From Bacteroidales bacterium (GTDB taxonomy: Bacteria; Bacteroidota; Bacteroidia; Bacteroidales; BM520): a stretch of DNA of 64,000 nt. The notes beneath the pieces are model-generated. The model had not been told where the DNA came from and ran no database searches. It worked only from the letters and a program-made list of their open reading frames with translations. The stretch spans positions 650,903 to 714,902 of the forward strand of contig JBMNMG010000002.1 in the NCBI GenBank assembly GCA_050953245.1. The letters are read 5' to 3'. This document shows, piece after piece, positions 1 to 9,159 of this stretch (its first letter is position 1; each line of letters opens with the position of its first letter). Position numbers and translations under genes: made by a program.

Positions 1-1074
1 AGTAGTTTTACTATATTATTATTTTCCTGTCAATCTAAAAATACAATATCTGGGAAAATAGAAGGTTTAGAGAATGCTCAGTTATCCTTAGTAGCTTTAC
101 AAGATGGTGATAACGTTACATTGGAGACGATTACATCTACAGATGGAAGTTTTTCCTTTAAAAATAATTATGATAGTATTTTTTATGCTGCAATTTCATT
201 TGAAGAAAAGCCTCTAGTAGCTTTTTTCGTAGAAAAAGGCAATATAATCATAAAGAGTGATATAAATAATCCGGGGGAATTATCTGTTGTAGGAAGTGTA
301 ATTACAGATAATTATACTAACTTCAATGAAAAATACTATACTAAAGAAATTGATATGTATAGTACTTATAATCAAATTAGAATTTTAAATTCCGATCCGA
401 ATAATCTAAATCAGAGTGTTATAGATAGCTTATCCACAGAATTAGATAATTTAGAAGAAGAAATGAATCAACTAATTAGAGAATATATTAAAGAAAATAA
501 AAATAACATCTCAGGACCATTAGTAACTTATCAATATAATTATCTATTAACAGAAGAATTATTTGAAATAAATGAGTTATTTGAAGAAGATGCTAAGAAA
601 GGTTATTATTATAGGAAATTATCTGAATTGCTTAGTAGATTGGAAAATATTCAAATAGGTAAACCCTACATAGATTTTGAAATGTTAACACCTGATAGTA
701 TTCCTCAAAAAATCTCGGATTATGTAGGAAATGGATATTTATTAGTTGACTTTTGGGCATCGTGGTGTGGTCCGTGTAGACAAGAAAATCCATATGTTGT
801 AGATGTTTATCAAAAATATCACAAACATGGTTTCGACATTGTTGGTGTTTCCTTTGATTCTGATAAAGAAAGTTGGATTAAGGCAATAAAAGATGATAAT
901 TTGACATGGCACCATATTTCAGAATTAAATAAATGGGATAACATTGCAGCAGATTTATATGTAGTTAAAGCTATTCCATCTAATGTTTTATTAGATAAAG
1001 ATGGAATTATTGTTGCGAGAAACTTAAGAGGTGAAGATTTAGACAATTTCTTAAGTAACGTATATTTAGATTAA
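1..1074 (+). CDS. TlpA/ResA-like thiol-disulfide oxidoreductase lipoprotein (thioredoxin fold), 5' end cut by window edge
   Basis: Frame 1 is open from base 1 (SSFTILLFSCQSKNTISGKIEG...; lipobox-like LLFSC), so the TTG at 121 is not the real start. The C-terminal thioredoxin domain carries WASWCGPCRQENP (CXXC). Confidence 0.8.
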   Translation, partial: SSFTILLFSCQSKNTISGKIEGLENAQLSLVALQDGDNVTLETITSTDGSFSFKNNYDSIFYAAISFEEKPLVAFFVEKGNIIIKSDINNPGELSVVGSVITDNYTNFNEKYYTKEIDMYSTYNQIRILNSDPNNLNQSVIDSLSTELDNLEEEMNQLIREYIKENKNNISGPLVTYQYNYLLTEELFEINELFEEDAKKGYYYRKLSELLSRLENIQIGKPYIDFEMLTPDSIPQKISDYVGNGYLLVDFWASWCGPCRQENPYVVDVYQKYHKHGFDIVGVSFDSDKESWIKAIKDDNLTWHHISELNKWDNIAADLYVVKAIPSNVLLDKDGIIVARNLRGEDLDNFLSNVYLD

Positions 1075-1152
1075 CTTTAAATAAAGGTTTAATAAAAGTA
1101 ATTTTTTTAATTTTTGTGATATTTAAATAAATAGCAAAATTAAAATAATAAA

Positions 1153-2091
1153 ATGAAGAATTTAATAAAAATTAAGTATAGTTTACAGATAATTAATGAG
1201 TTAGCGGAAAAAATAATAGCTGAGCAAGAAATAAGTCTATTAGAGATAGATGTCCTAAAAGAAAAATTAATAGAGTTTTATTCTGATATATTGTATTTTG
1301 AAAAAAATACTGATCAGTATAAGCAAATAATGCAATCCGGTGGTTTTATGTCTAATGTTTCTGAAAATTCAGATTCTTTTGAGAATTATTCAAAAGAAGA
1401 AACAACTTTAGATGAAAAAAGTACTAATGACGAAAAACCTAAAGAAGAAGTATTAGATAATCAAACCTCCAATGATTTAGGTAATGCAGATATTGAAAAA
1501 GAAAGTTCCGATAATGATTTAGAAGAAACAGAATCTGATAGTCATATTATTACTTCTGTTGAAGAAATGGAAGTTCTCAGTTCAGGTGCTAATGTAAACA
1601 ATTTAGAAAATGTTAGTAAATCAGATATCATAGACAATAATATTGAAATAGAGGAAGATGTAGAATCGTATAAAATATTTACAGAAGATTCATATGAAAA
1701 TATTGATGGTGATATTTCTGATATGGGTAAAAAAGATACTACCGTTGCAGAAAAACTAACTATTGTAAGTTCTACTTTACATGAAAATCTAGCTGCTATG
1801 GAACAAAATACAAATAATAAATCTGAAACTGTGGCTGATAAGATTAGATTAGAAAAAATTACTGATATTAAATCTGCAATTGGAATAAACGATAAATTTT
1901 ATTTTATTAATAGACTGTTTGATGGTGATGTAAAGTTTTATAATGAAACAGTAGATAAGTTCAATAATTTTAATTCTATAAATGATGCAAAAATTTTATT
2001 GCAACTATTAATAAATAAATATAATTGGGATTTTAACGATGAAGCTTATAAAAAGTTTGAAGACATTGTAGAAAAAAAGTTCGAAGTATGA
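1153..2091 (+). CDS. hypothetical acidic D/E/N/S-rich protein with a better-ordered C-terminal ~90 aa
   Basis: 312-aa ORF in the sense direction of the operon. Its stop overlaps the next start (ATGATG). I recognise no motif. Confidence 0.5.
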   Translation: MKNLIKIKYSLQIINELAEKIIAEQEISLLEIDVLKEKLIEFYSDILYFEKNTDQYKQIMQSGGFMSNVSENSDSFENYSKEETTLDEKSTNDEKPKEEVLDNQTSNDLGNADIEKESSDNDLEETESDSHIITSVEEMEVLSSGANVNNLENVSKSDIIDNNIEIEEDVESYKIFTEDSYENIDGDISDMGKKDTTVAEKLTIVSSTLHENLAAMEQNTNNKSETVADKIRLEKITDIKSAIGINDKFYFINRLFDGDVKFYNETVDKFNNFNSINDAKILLQLLINKYNWDFNDEAYKKFEDIVEKKFEV

Positions 2092-3374
2092 TGTTAAAAT
2101 GCAATAAAATTAAGAAGATTTGTCTTATACTAATTTCTATGTTGTTATCCATAGTATCATATACTCAGGATATGCAATATATGGAAAAGATAATAGACAA
2201 ATTAAGTTCCGATGAAATGGCAGGAAGAGCATATAGTTGCAAAGGAGGGAAAAAAGCATCTAATTTTATTGCAAATGAACTTAAAAAATTAAAAGTTTCA
2301 TCAATAGAGAAATCTTATTTTCAAAATTATTCTTATTCAACTACAGATTTTAGAAAGACACCCGAGTTATATGTAGATGGCAATAAGTTAAAGCCTGCCG
2401 TAGATTTTTATGTAACTCGTCAATCATTGTTTGTAAAAGGTACATTTAATATTTTTCCTCTTTTAAATGATTCTGTTTACACGGAATTATCCCACATGAA
2501 TCTGATGTTAAAAGGAGATAAAAGTAAAGTTGTATTAACTGATAGTTTTCATAACGAATTAAAAAATTTAGGTTATATGACTTTTGCCGGTACAATTTTT
2601 AAAACCGATAATGAAAAATTGTATTGGGAAATGCCCAAAGATGAAACCATATTAAATACTTTTACTATTGTAACTAATAGTGATCTAATAAATGAAAATT
2701 CAAAACAAATAGATCTTAGAATTAATAATAGAAAAGTTTTTAATTTTAAAACTAGAAATGTAATAGGAGTAATACCATCTAATATCAATTCCGATAGATA
2801 TTTAATGGTAGGTGCTCATTATGATCACTTAGGAAAGTTTGGTGATATTACTTTACCCGGAGCAAATGATAATGCTAGCGGAGTAGCTACGATTTTAACG
2901 CTAATAAAACACCTCTATGAAAACAAAACCAATATAACATTTAATCATAATTTGATTTTTGTTTTCTTTTCAGGTAAAGAGGCAGGGTTAAAAGGTTCTT
3001 TATACTTTGCTAATAATCCTCCTATAGAATTAGATAAAATAGATTTTTTTATCAATTTAGATGCTGTTGGAGGTAATAGTGAAGGTATTACTATTGTACA
3101 GGGGACTGAATACCCCCTACTAATGGAAAAGGTAAAGGAAATTAATTCAGAGAAAGAATATTTCTCAAAAATAGATTTTGAAGGAAAATCTTACGATAGC
3201 GATCATGCCCCTTTATTTGCAAAAGGAGTGCCTGCCGTATTAATTCACACAAATGGAAGCGATTCAACTGAGTATCATAATATATATGATACTTCTGAAA
3301 AAATTAAATTAAATAAAGGGAAAGAGTTAATACGATTCTTAACAGATTTTTTATTAATATTAGATGCAAAATAA
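2088..3374 (+). CDS. M28 family metallopeptidase (aminopeptidase-like), secreted
   Basis: N-terminal signal-like segment. Motifs GAHYDHLG, GANDNASGVA and FFSGKEAGLKGS fit the M28 zinc-ligand blocks. Confidence 0.75.
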   Translation: MMLKCNKIKKICLILISMLLSIVSYTQDMQYMEKIIDKLSSDEMAGRAYSCKGGKKASNFIANELKKLKVSSIEKSYFQNYSYSTTDFRKTPELYVDGNKLKPAVDFYVTRQSLFVKGTFNIFPLLNDSVYTELSHMNLMLKGDKSKVVLTDSFHNELKNLGYMTFAGTIFKTDNEKLYWEMPKDETILNTFTIVTNSDLINENSKQIDLRINNRKVFNFKTRNVIGVIPSNINSDRYLMVGAHYDHLGKFGDITLPGANDNASGVATILTLIKHLYENKTNITFNHNLIFVFFSGKEAGLKGSLYFANNPPIELDKIDFFINLDAVGGNSEGITIVQGTEYPLLMEKVKEINSEKEYFSKIDFEGKSYDSDHAPLFAKGVPAVLIHTNGSDSTEYHNIYDTSEKIKLNKGKELIRFLTDFLLILDAK

Positions 3375-4053
3375 TATGTCGAAGTTAGTGCTTGTTCCAA
3401 CTCCCATAGGTAATTTGGAGGATATTACTATACGAAGTATTAATACGTTAAAAAATGCAAATTTAATTTTGGCTGAAGATACCAGAACATCCTGGAGGTT
3501 GTTAAAACATTACGATATAAATGTGCAAATGCAAGCATTTCATCAACATAACGAACATCAAATTCTACAAAGTATTATAGATAAGATTAAAATTTTAGAT
3601 TTAGTGTGTTTAATTACAGATGCAGGCACACCCGGAATATCAGATCCCGGATTTTTATTAGTTAGAGAATGTATTAAAAACGATATTGAAGTAGAATGTT
3701 TACCAGGCGCTACTGCCTTAATTCCAGCCTTAGTTTGTTCGGGATTAGCTAGTGAAAAATTTATTTTTGAAGGCTTTTTACCTCATAAAAAAGGTAGGCA
3801 ACAACGCTTAAATGCTCTAAAAAATAATGATTATACATTTGTTTTATATGAATCTCCATACAGATTATATAAAACATTAAGTCAGTTACAAGAAGTTTTA
3901 GGGGGTGATAGAGAAGCTGTAGTAGCTAGAGAACTCACTAAAATGTATGAAGAGTATAGAAGAGGTACTTTAAACGAACTTTGTAGTTTTTATAAAGATA
4001 CTGTAATTAAAGGAGAAATAGTAATAATAGTAAAAGGAAAGAATAATTTATGA
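3364..4053 (+). CDS. rsmI: 16S rRNA (cytidine1402-2'-O)-methyltransferase RsmI
   Basis: LVLVPTPIGNLEDITIRSINTLKNANLILAEDTR and ITDAGTPGISDPG are typical of the RsmI tetrapyrrole-methylase fold. ATG at 3376 (MSKLVL) is an equally good start. The stop overlaps the next ATG (ATGA). Confidence 0.9.
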   Translation: MQNNMSKLVLVPTPIGNLEDITIRSINTLKNANLILAEDTRTSWRLLKHYDINVQMQAFHQHNEHQILQSIIDKIKILDLVCLITDAGTPGISDPGFLLVRECIKNDIEVECLPGATALIPALVCSGLASEKFIFEGFLPHKKGRQQRLNALKNNDYTFVLYESPYRLYKTLSQLQEVLGGDREAVVARELTKMYEEYRRGTLNELCSFYKDTVIKGEIVIIVKGKNNL

Positions 4054-5165
4054 AAAAAATAATTAAATATTTTGTGTTTGCATTTTGTGTCTTCATAGTG
4101 TTTTCATGCAAAAACAAAAAAGAGGAAGGCTATCATATTTACGGCAAAATTAATGGATTGGAAAACACTAAAATATCATTAGTAGAAATTCAAAAAGAAG
4201 GAACAGTTTTAATAGATGAGACTATATTAAAAAATGGTAAATTTGAATTTAAAGGGGAAACAGATGCCCCATTTTTTGCAGGTTTAGCACTTGCAGATCA
4301 AAAACCATTTGTTAATTTTTTTGTTTTAAATGAAGAAATTTATATAGAAGGACAAAATAATATTAATGAAAGCTATAAGGTTTATGGTTCTGAAGAAAAT
4401 GATTTGTATTTTGGTTTTATGAGCAAGTTAGATTCCTTAGTAGATTACCAAAAACTTTTATACACATATTATCAGGATGCCCAATTAAAAAAAGATGTAG
4501 AAAAAATGGCAATAATTCAAGAAAAATATGATGCTACGGAAGAAAACATAAAAAGTACTATCATAAACTTTGGGTATGAAAACAATAATTCTATAGTTAC
4601 TCCTTTTATTGTTCACAGATTTTCTTATTTGGTGTCTGATGAGATATTAGCTATTTTTGATAACTTTGGGTCAAATGCAAGGGTAGGTTATGCATATGAA
4701 TCTTTAGAACAATATGTTGATAGATATAAAAAAGTACAAATAGGCAATAAGTTTTCAGATTTTTCTATGCAAACTAGTAACGGTAAAATAGAAAGTTTAT
4801 CGGATTATATAAATGGAAATTATTCTATACTTGTTTTTTGGGCCTCTTGGTGTGCTGCATGTAGTGTAGATTGTCCTATTTTTGTCGATATTTACAATAA
4901 GTACAAAAAGTATGGATTAGAGGTGATAGGAATTTCCTTAGATAACAATTTAGAAGAAATGCTAGAAGGAATAAGAAGATATAATTTAAATTTTGTACAG
5001 TTTTCAGACTTAAAAAGTTGGCAAAGTGAAGCGGCAGAATTATATTGTGTTAAATCTTTAGCATTTAATTATTTAATAGATCCTAATGGAATTATTATTG
5101 GGCGCCAAATGTCGTTGCCTGACTTGGAAAACTTATTAGATTCTGTATATTTAAAGAAAAATTAA
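4050..5165 (+). CDS. TlpA-like thiol-disulfide oxidoreductase lipoprotein, paralogue of the first gene
   Basis: Lipoprotein signal (FIVFSCKN). N-terminal region YGKINGLENTKISLV parallels SGKIEGLENAQLSLV of gene 1. The thioredoxin fold has WASWCAACSVDCP (CXXC = CAAC). Confidence 0.8.
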   Translation: MKKIIKYFVFAFCVFIVFSCKNKKEEGYHIYGKINGLENTKISLVEIQKEGTVLIDETILKNGKFEFKGETDAPFFAGLALADQKPFVNFFVLNEEIYIEGQNNINESYKVYGSEENDLYFGFMSKLDSLVDYQKLLYTYYQDAQLKKDVEKMAIIQEKYDATEENIKSTIINFGYENNNSIVTPFIVHRFSYLVSDEILAIFDNFGSNARVGYAYESLEQYVDRYKKVQIGNKFSDFSMQTSNGKIESLSDYINGNYSILVFWASWCAACSVDCPIFVDIYNKYKKYGLEVIGISLDNNLEEMLEGIRRYNLNFVQFSDLKSWQSEAAELYCVKSLAFNYLIDPNGIIIGRQMSLPDLENLLDSVYLKKN

Positions 5166-5215
5166 AGTAGTTATATATTTTTATCTATTCTATAGATCTG
5201 ATTAAAAAAAAACAC

Positions 5216-5223
5216 TATCTTTG
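5216..5223 (+). promoter_or_regulatory. Bacteroidota -7 promoter box TAnnTTTG (TATCTTTG) for prs
   Basis: Exact consensus match 15 nt upstream of the prs ATG. Confidence 0.5.
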
Positions 5224-5237
5224 CAAAAAATAAATAA

Positions 5238-6170
5238 ATGGGTAATATTGTAGACATTTTTGCTGGTCGTGCTACAGCAGAATTGGGGGAAAAAATAGCG
5301 GAAGCATATAATACTAAATTAGGTGAAGTTTCTGTAAATGTTTTCTCGGATGGAGAATTTCGTACTTCTTTTGAACAAAGTATTAGAGGACACTCTGTTT
5401 ATTTAGTTCAATCTACCTTTCCACCTGCAGATAATTTAATGGAATTACTTATGTTAGTGGATGCTGCTAAAAGAGCTTCTGCAAAACATGTAATTGCGGT
5501 AGTACCTTATTTTGGATTTGCTAGGCAAGACAGAAAAGATAAACCCAGAGTTCCAATTACATCTAAATTGGTTGCAAACTTATTAGTTGCTTCAGGTTTA
5601 GAAAGATTAGTAACCTTAGACTTACATGCAGATCAAATTCAAGGTTTTTTTGATATTCCTGTAGATCATTTATATGCATCTTCCGTTTTTGTTCCAATTT
5701 TACAAAAATTAAATATTAAAAATCTTACATTTGCATCACCTGATGCAGGAGGAACAAAAAGAGCAGCCTCCTATGCAAAGGCATTCGAAACAGATTTTGT
5801 TATGTGTTACAAACAAAGATCTAAACCTAACCAGATAGAAAACATGTCATTAATAGGCAGTGTAAAAGGTAAGAATGTTGTTTTGTTGGATGATATGATA
5901 GATACTGCTGGATCTATTACTAAAGCTGCTGAACTCATGATGAAAGAAGGTGCAGAAAGTGTTATTGGTTGTGCTTCACATGCTGTTCTATCAGGTAATG
6001 CATACGAAAGAATCAATAATTCTGTATTCAAAAAAGTGTATGTAACTGATTCTATCCCCTTAAAACAAAAAACTGACAAAATTGAAGTAGTTTCTATTGC
6101 AGGGTTGTTTGCAGAAGCTATAGATAAAATTCAAAATAGAGAATCGATAAGTTCGTTATTCGAGTTTTAA
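5238..6170 (+). CDS. prs: ribose-phosphate pyrophosphokinase
   Basis: VPYFGFARQDRK, DLHADQIQGFFDIPVDHL and the PRPP-binding loop VLLDDMIDTAGS. Confidence 0.95.
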   Translation: MGNIVDIFAGRATAELGEKIAEAYNTKLGEVSVNVFSDGEFRTSFEQSIRGHSVYLVQSTFPPADNLMELLMLVDAAKRASAKHVIAVVPYFGFARQDRKDKPRVPITSKLVANLLVASGLERLVTLDLHADQIQGFFDIPVDHLYASSVFVPILQKLNIKNLTFASPDAGGTKRAASYAKAFETDFVMCYKQRSKPNQIENMSLIGSVKGKNVVLLDDMIDTAGSITKAAELMMKEGAESVIGCASHAVLSGNAYERINNSVFKKVYVTDSIPLKQKTDKIEVVSIAGLFAEAIDKIQNRESISSLFEF

Positions 6171-6202
6171 TAATATTAATTAACAAATAATTTAATAAAA
6201 GT

Positions 6203-6835
6203 ATGAAAAGTATCTCATTGAGTGGTTCTGCAAGACAGAACGTAGGGAAAAAAGATGCTAAGTTAGCTAGGAAACAAGGTTTAGTGCCTTGTGTAATTTA
6301 TGGTGCAGAAGAGCACAAAAACATTTTAATAGAAGAAAAATATTTAAATAAATGTGTCTTTACTCCGGATATTTATTTAATTAGAATTGATGTAGATGGT
6401 GTTGAGTATATTGCCGTAATCAAAGATCTTCAATTTCATCCGGTAACAGATACAATTTTACACGTAGACTTTTACGAAGTTACTAAAGGTAAACCATTTA
6501 TCGTTAGAATTCCTGTTCGTTTACATGGCACTGCAAAAGGTGTTTTATCCGGCGGTATTTTAAATTTTTCGATGCGAAAATTAAAATTAAAAGGTTTATT
6601 TGTTGATATTCCGGATGATATTGAAATAGATATTTCTGAAGTAGACTTTGGTAAACCAATTTATGTTGGAGATATTAAAATACCTAATGTTGAAATTTTA
6701 GATGATGCAAATGAAATAATAGTCGATGTAATTCAACCTAGAGTTTTAGAGTTATCGGTAGAAGAAGGTGAACAAGAAGAGGGTGAAGAAGGCGCAGAAG
6801 GCGATGAAAACACCGAAAAAGATAATAATGAATAA
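6203..6835 (+). CDS. rplY: 50S ribosomal protein L25/general stress protein Ctc
   Basis: RQNVGKKDAKLARKQGLVPCVIYG at the N-terminus, a Ctc-type two-domain length, and an acidic tail. Confidence 0.9.
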   Translation: MKSISLSGSARQNVGKKDAKLARKQGLVPCVIYGAEEHKNILIEEKYLNKCVFTPDIYLIRIDVDGVEYIAVIKDLQFHPVTDTILHVDFYEVTKGKPFIVRIPVRLHGTAKGVLSGGILNFSMRKLKLKGLFVDIPDDIEIDISEVDFGKPIYVGDIKIPNVEILDDANEIIVDVIQPRVLELSVEEGEQEEGEEGAEGDENTEKDNNE

Positions 6836-6895
6836 AAAAAATTAAAAATTGTTAATAAGTTTTTTATTATAATAATTTTTTATCTTGTAAACCGT

Positions 6896-6903
6896 TATAT
6901 TTG
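6896..6903 (+). promoter_or_regulatory. -7 promoter box TATATTTG for the M23/LysM peptidase gene
   Basis: Consensus TAnnTTTG 17 nt upstream of the ATG at 6920. Confidence 0.5.
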
Positions 6904-6919
6904 CATAAACTAAATTACT

Positions 6920-7867
6920 ATGCTTAAACTAAATAGATTATTTTTAATAATTATTATTAATTTTTTATTTATTTTTATCGTTAAGTCGCAAGTTAATAGT
7001 AATATTATTGCTGATTTAGCAAGTAGTGGTGTAGCTGCTTTAGATACCTTAGATACTAACGAACAATATAAAAAAATAGTCCTTTTTGATGATGATACCT
7101 GGGAGTTAATAGAATTTGATAAAACATATTTTGAAGCAGAAATATTTAATTTTGAGTGGAATCAAGATAAAATTCATGCTTATGAAGATGTAAAAATTTC
7201 ATCACTTCCGGAAATAATCAATATTTATTTAGCAGATTCTGTAAATAGATACCACTATCCATATGTGGGTGAAGTTCGTTCTAAATATGGATATAGATGG
7301 AGACGCCCTCATAAAGGAGTTGATATTGCGTTAAATACTGGGGATACTGTTTATGCAGCATTTTCAGGTAAAATCAGAGTTTCTAAAACTACTCGATACA
7401 CTGGAGGATATGGTAATTTAGTTGTTATTCGTCATTTAAATGGGTTGGAAACTTATTATGGTCATCTTTCCAAATTATTAGTAAAACAAGATGATATTGT
7501 GGAAGCAGGTGATCCAATAGGTTTAGGTGGCAGTACGGGAAGAAGTACAGGTCCTCATTTACATTTCGAGACAAGATATCAAGGTAAAGCTTTCGATCCT
7601 GAAAGAATTTTTGACTTTTCAACAGGAGAAATAAGAGATTCCATATTAGTCTTAAAAAAACATTATTTTAATATTTATTCAAAATACGGTCAAACAGATG
7701 CTCAATCTCAAGCTGCAAGTTCGAGACAATTTTATACTATCAAAAGTGGTGATACATTATCTAAAATTGCTAGTAATCATGGAACTTCAGTGAATGCATT
7801 GTGCAGATTAAATGGATATTCTCCTAAAAAAGTTCTTAGAGTAGGGAGTAGAATAAGAGTTAGGTAA
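6920..7867 (+). CDS. M23 family metallopeptidase with C-terminal LysM domain
   Basis: HKGVDIA ... GGYGNLVVIRH ... GSTGRSTGPHLHFE (M23). The C-terminus YTIKSGDTLSKIASNHGTSVNALCRLNG is LysM. Confidence 0.9.
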   Translation: MLKLNRLFLIIIINFLFIFIVKSQVNSNIIADLASSGVAALDTLDTNEQYKKIVLFDDDTWELIEFDKTYFEAEIFNFEWNQDKIHAYEDVKISSLPEIINIYLADSVNRYHYPYVGEVRSKYGYRWRRPHKGVDIALNTGDTVYAAFSGKIRVSKTTRYTGGYGNLVVIRHLNGLETYYGHLSKLLVKQDDIVEAGDPIGLGGSTGRSTGPHLHFETRYQGKAFDPERIFDFSTGEIRDSILVLKKHYFNIYSKYGQTDAQSQAASSRQFYTIKSGDTLSKIASNHGTSVNALCRLNGYSPKKVLRVGSRIRVR

Positions 7868-7908
7868 TAATAACTGTTGATTGATTTTAATTAGTTAGTA
7901 TAAAAATG

Positions 7909-7940
7909 AAGGGTGGCATTATTTGTCCCCCTTTTTATTT
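7909..7940 (+). terminator. imperfect hairpin plus T-run downstream of the M23 gene
   Basis: aagggtggc/gtccccctt stem with one mismatch, followed by tttttatttt. Confidence 0.4.
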
Positions 7941-8003
7941 TCAAGTTTTTAAGCCCATGGAGTTTGAGGAATGAGTTTGTACATACTTTTTTGGGATACT
8001 ATC

Positions 8004-8036
8004 ATAAAAAAAGCCTTCTATATATTTAGAAGGCTT
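8004..8036 (-). terminator. rho-independent terminator of the YebC-family gene
   Basis: 9-bp stem aagccttct/agaaggctt. On the minus strand it is followed by a T-run. Confidence 0.7.
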
Positions 8037-8067
8037 CTTATAAAATTCTTTTTAAATATTTTTAATT

Positions 8068-8805
8068 TTACATTTCGTTTATTAATTCATCCGGAATTTC
8101 TAAATTGTGAAAAACATTTACAACGTCATCATCATCTTCTAACATATCTACTAACTTTAAAACTGTTCTTGCTTCTTCAACATTTAAAGTTTCAGTATTA
8201 TTAGGAATTCGTTCTATTTCGGCGCTGATAGGTTCTATATTTAACTCATCTAATTTAGACATCATACTTCCATAATCTTCAAATGAAGTTGTAATAGTAA
8301 CTTCGTTCTCTTCAATTTCGTATTCTTCTGCACCTGCGTCTATAATTTCCAGTTCTATATCATCGTTAAAATCTTCTTTTTTAATAACAAATATAGCCTT
8401 TCTATCAAACAAATAAGATAAAGATCCATTTTTACCTAAACTGCCGTTAAACTTATTAAATACAGATCTAACATTAGATACTGTACGTTGAATGTTATCA
8501 GTAGTGCAATCTACAAATACAGCTATTCCGTGAGGAGCATAACCTTCGTAAGAAACTTCTTCATAATTACTGGAGTTTTTATCGTTTCCCTTATTAATCG
8601 CTCTAGTTATATTGTCTTTAGGCATACTAACGCCTTTAGCATTGGCTATTGCTAATCTGAGCCTGGGATTTGATTCAGGATCAGCTCCACCTTCTTTAAC
8701 TGCTACTGTGATTTCCTTAATAATTTTAGAGAACATTTTAGATCTTTTAGCATCATTTGCTCCCTTTTTTCTTTTTATTGTTGACCATTTACTGTGACCT
8801 GACAT
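8068..8805 (-). CDS. YebC/PmpR family DNA-binding transcriptional regulator
   Basis: MSGHSKWSTIKRKKGANDAKRSKMFSKIIKEI... is the diagnostic YebC N-terminus. Confidence 0.95.
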   Translation of the reverse strand: MSGHSKWSTIKRKKGANDAKRSKMFSKIIKEITVAVKEGGADPESNPRLRLAIANAKGVSMPKDNITRAINKGNDKNSSNYEEVSYEGYAPHGIAVFVDCTTDNIQRTVSNVRSVFNKFNGSLGKNGSLSYLFDRKAIFVIKKEDFNDDIELEIIDAGAEEYEIEENEVTITTSFEDYGSMMSKLDELNIEPISAEIERIPNNTETLNVEEARTVLKLVDMLEDDDDVVNVFHNLEIPDELINEM

Positions 8806-8840
8806 ATAATTAATTTTTTTTAAATTAAAGTTATAAAAAA

Positions 8841-9152
8841 TTAAGCTTGACCTGTAGGTCCGCTAAAAGGAATAGAAAAAGTTTGTTTATTATCTTTTTC
8901 TTCTACCTTTCCATAAACTGATTCGTATTTTTTTAAATTCTCATTTAAAGCATTCATTAATCTTTTTGCATGTTGAGGTGTTAATACAATTCTAGATTTA
9001 ACTTTTGCTTTAGGCATTCCCGGTAATATTTTAATAAAGTCTATAATAAATTCAGCATTAGAATGAGTAATTACAGCTAAATTAGAATATATACCTTCAG
9101 CCATTTCATCGCTTAATTCGATATTTATTTTATTATCGTTTTTTATATCCAT
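8841..9152 (-). CDS. DUF3467 family protein (conserved partner downstream of rpoC in Bacteroidota)
   Basis: AEGIYSNLAVITHSNAEFIIDFI..PGMPKAKVKSRIVLTPQHAKRL matches my recollection of DUF3467. It sits 7 nt after rpoC. Confidence 0.7.
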   Translation of the reverse strand: MDIKNDNKINIELSDEMAEGIYSNLAVITHSNAEFIIDFIKILPGMPKAKVKSRIVLTPQHAKRLMNALNENLKKYESVYGKVEEKDNKQTFSIPFSGPTGQA

Positions 9153-9159
9153 CGTTTAT

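Noticed and set aside
7971-8204. 77-aa plus-strand ORF downstream of the M23 gene
   Set aside because: It spans the yebC terminator hairpin and then runs antisense into yebC. Its sequence is hydrophobic and low-complexity. It is not a gene.
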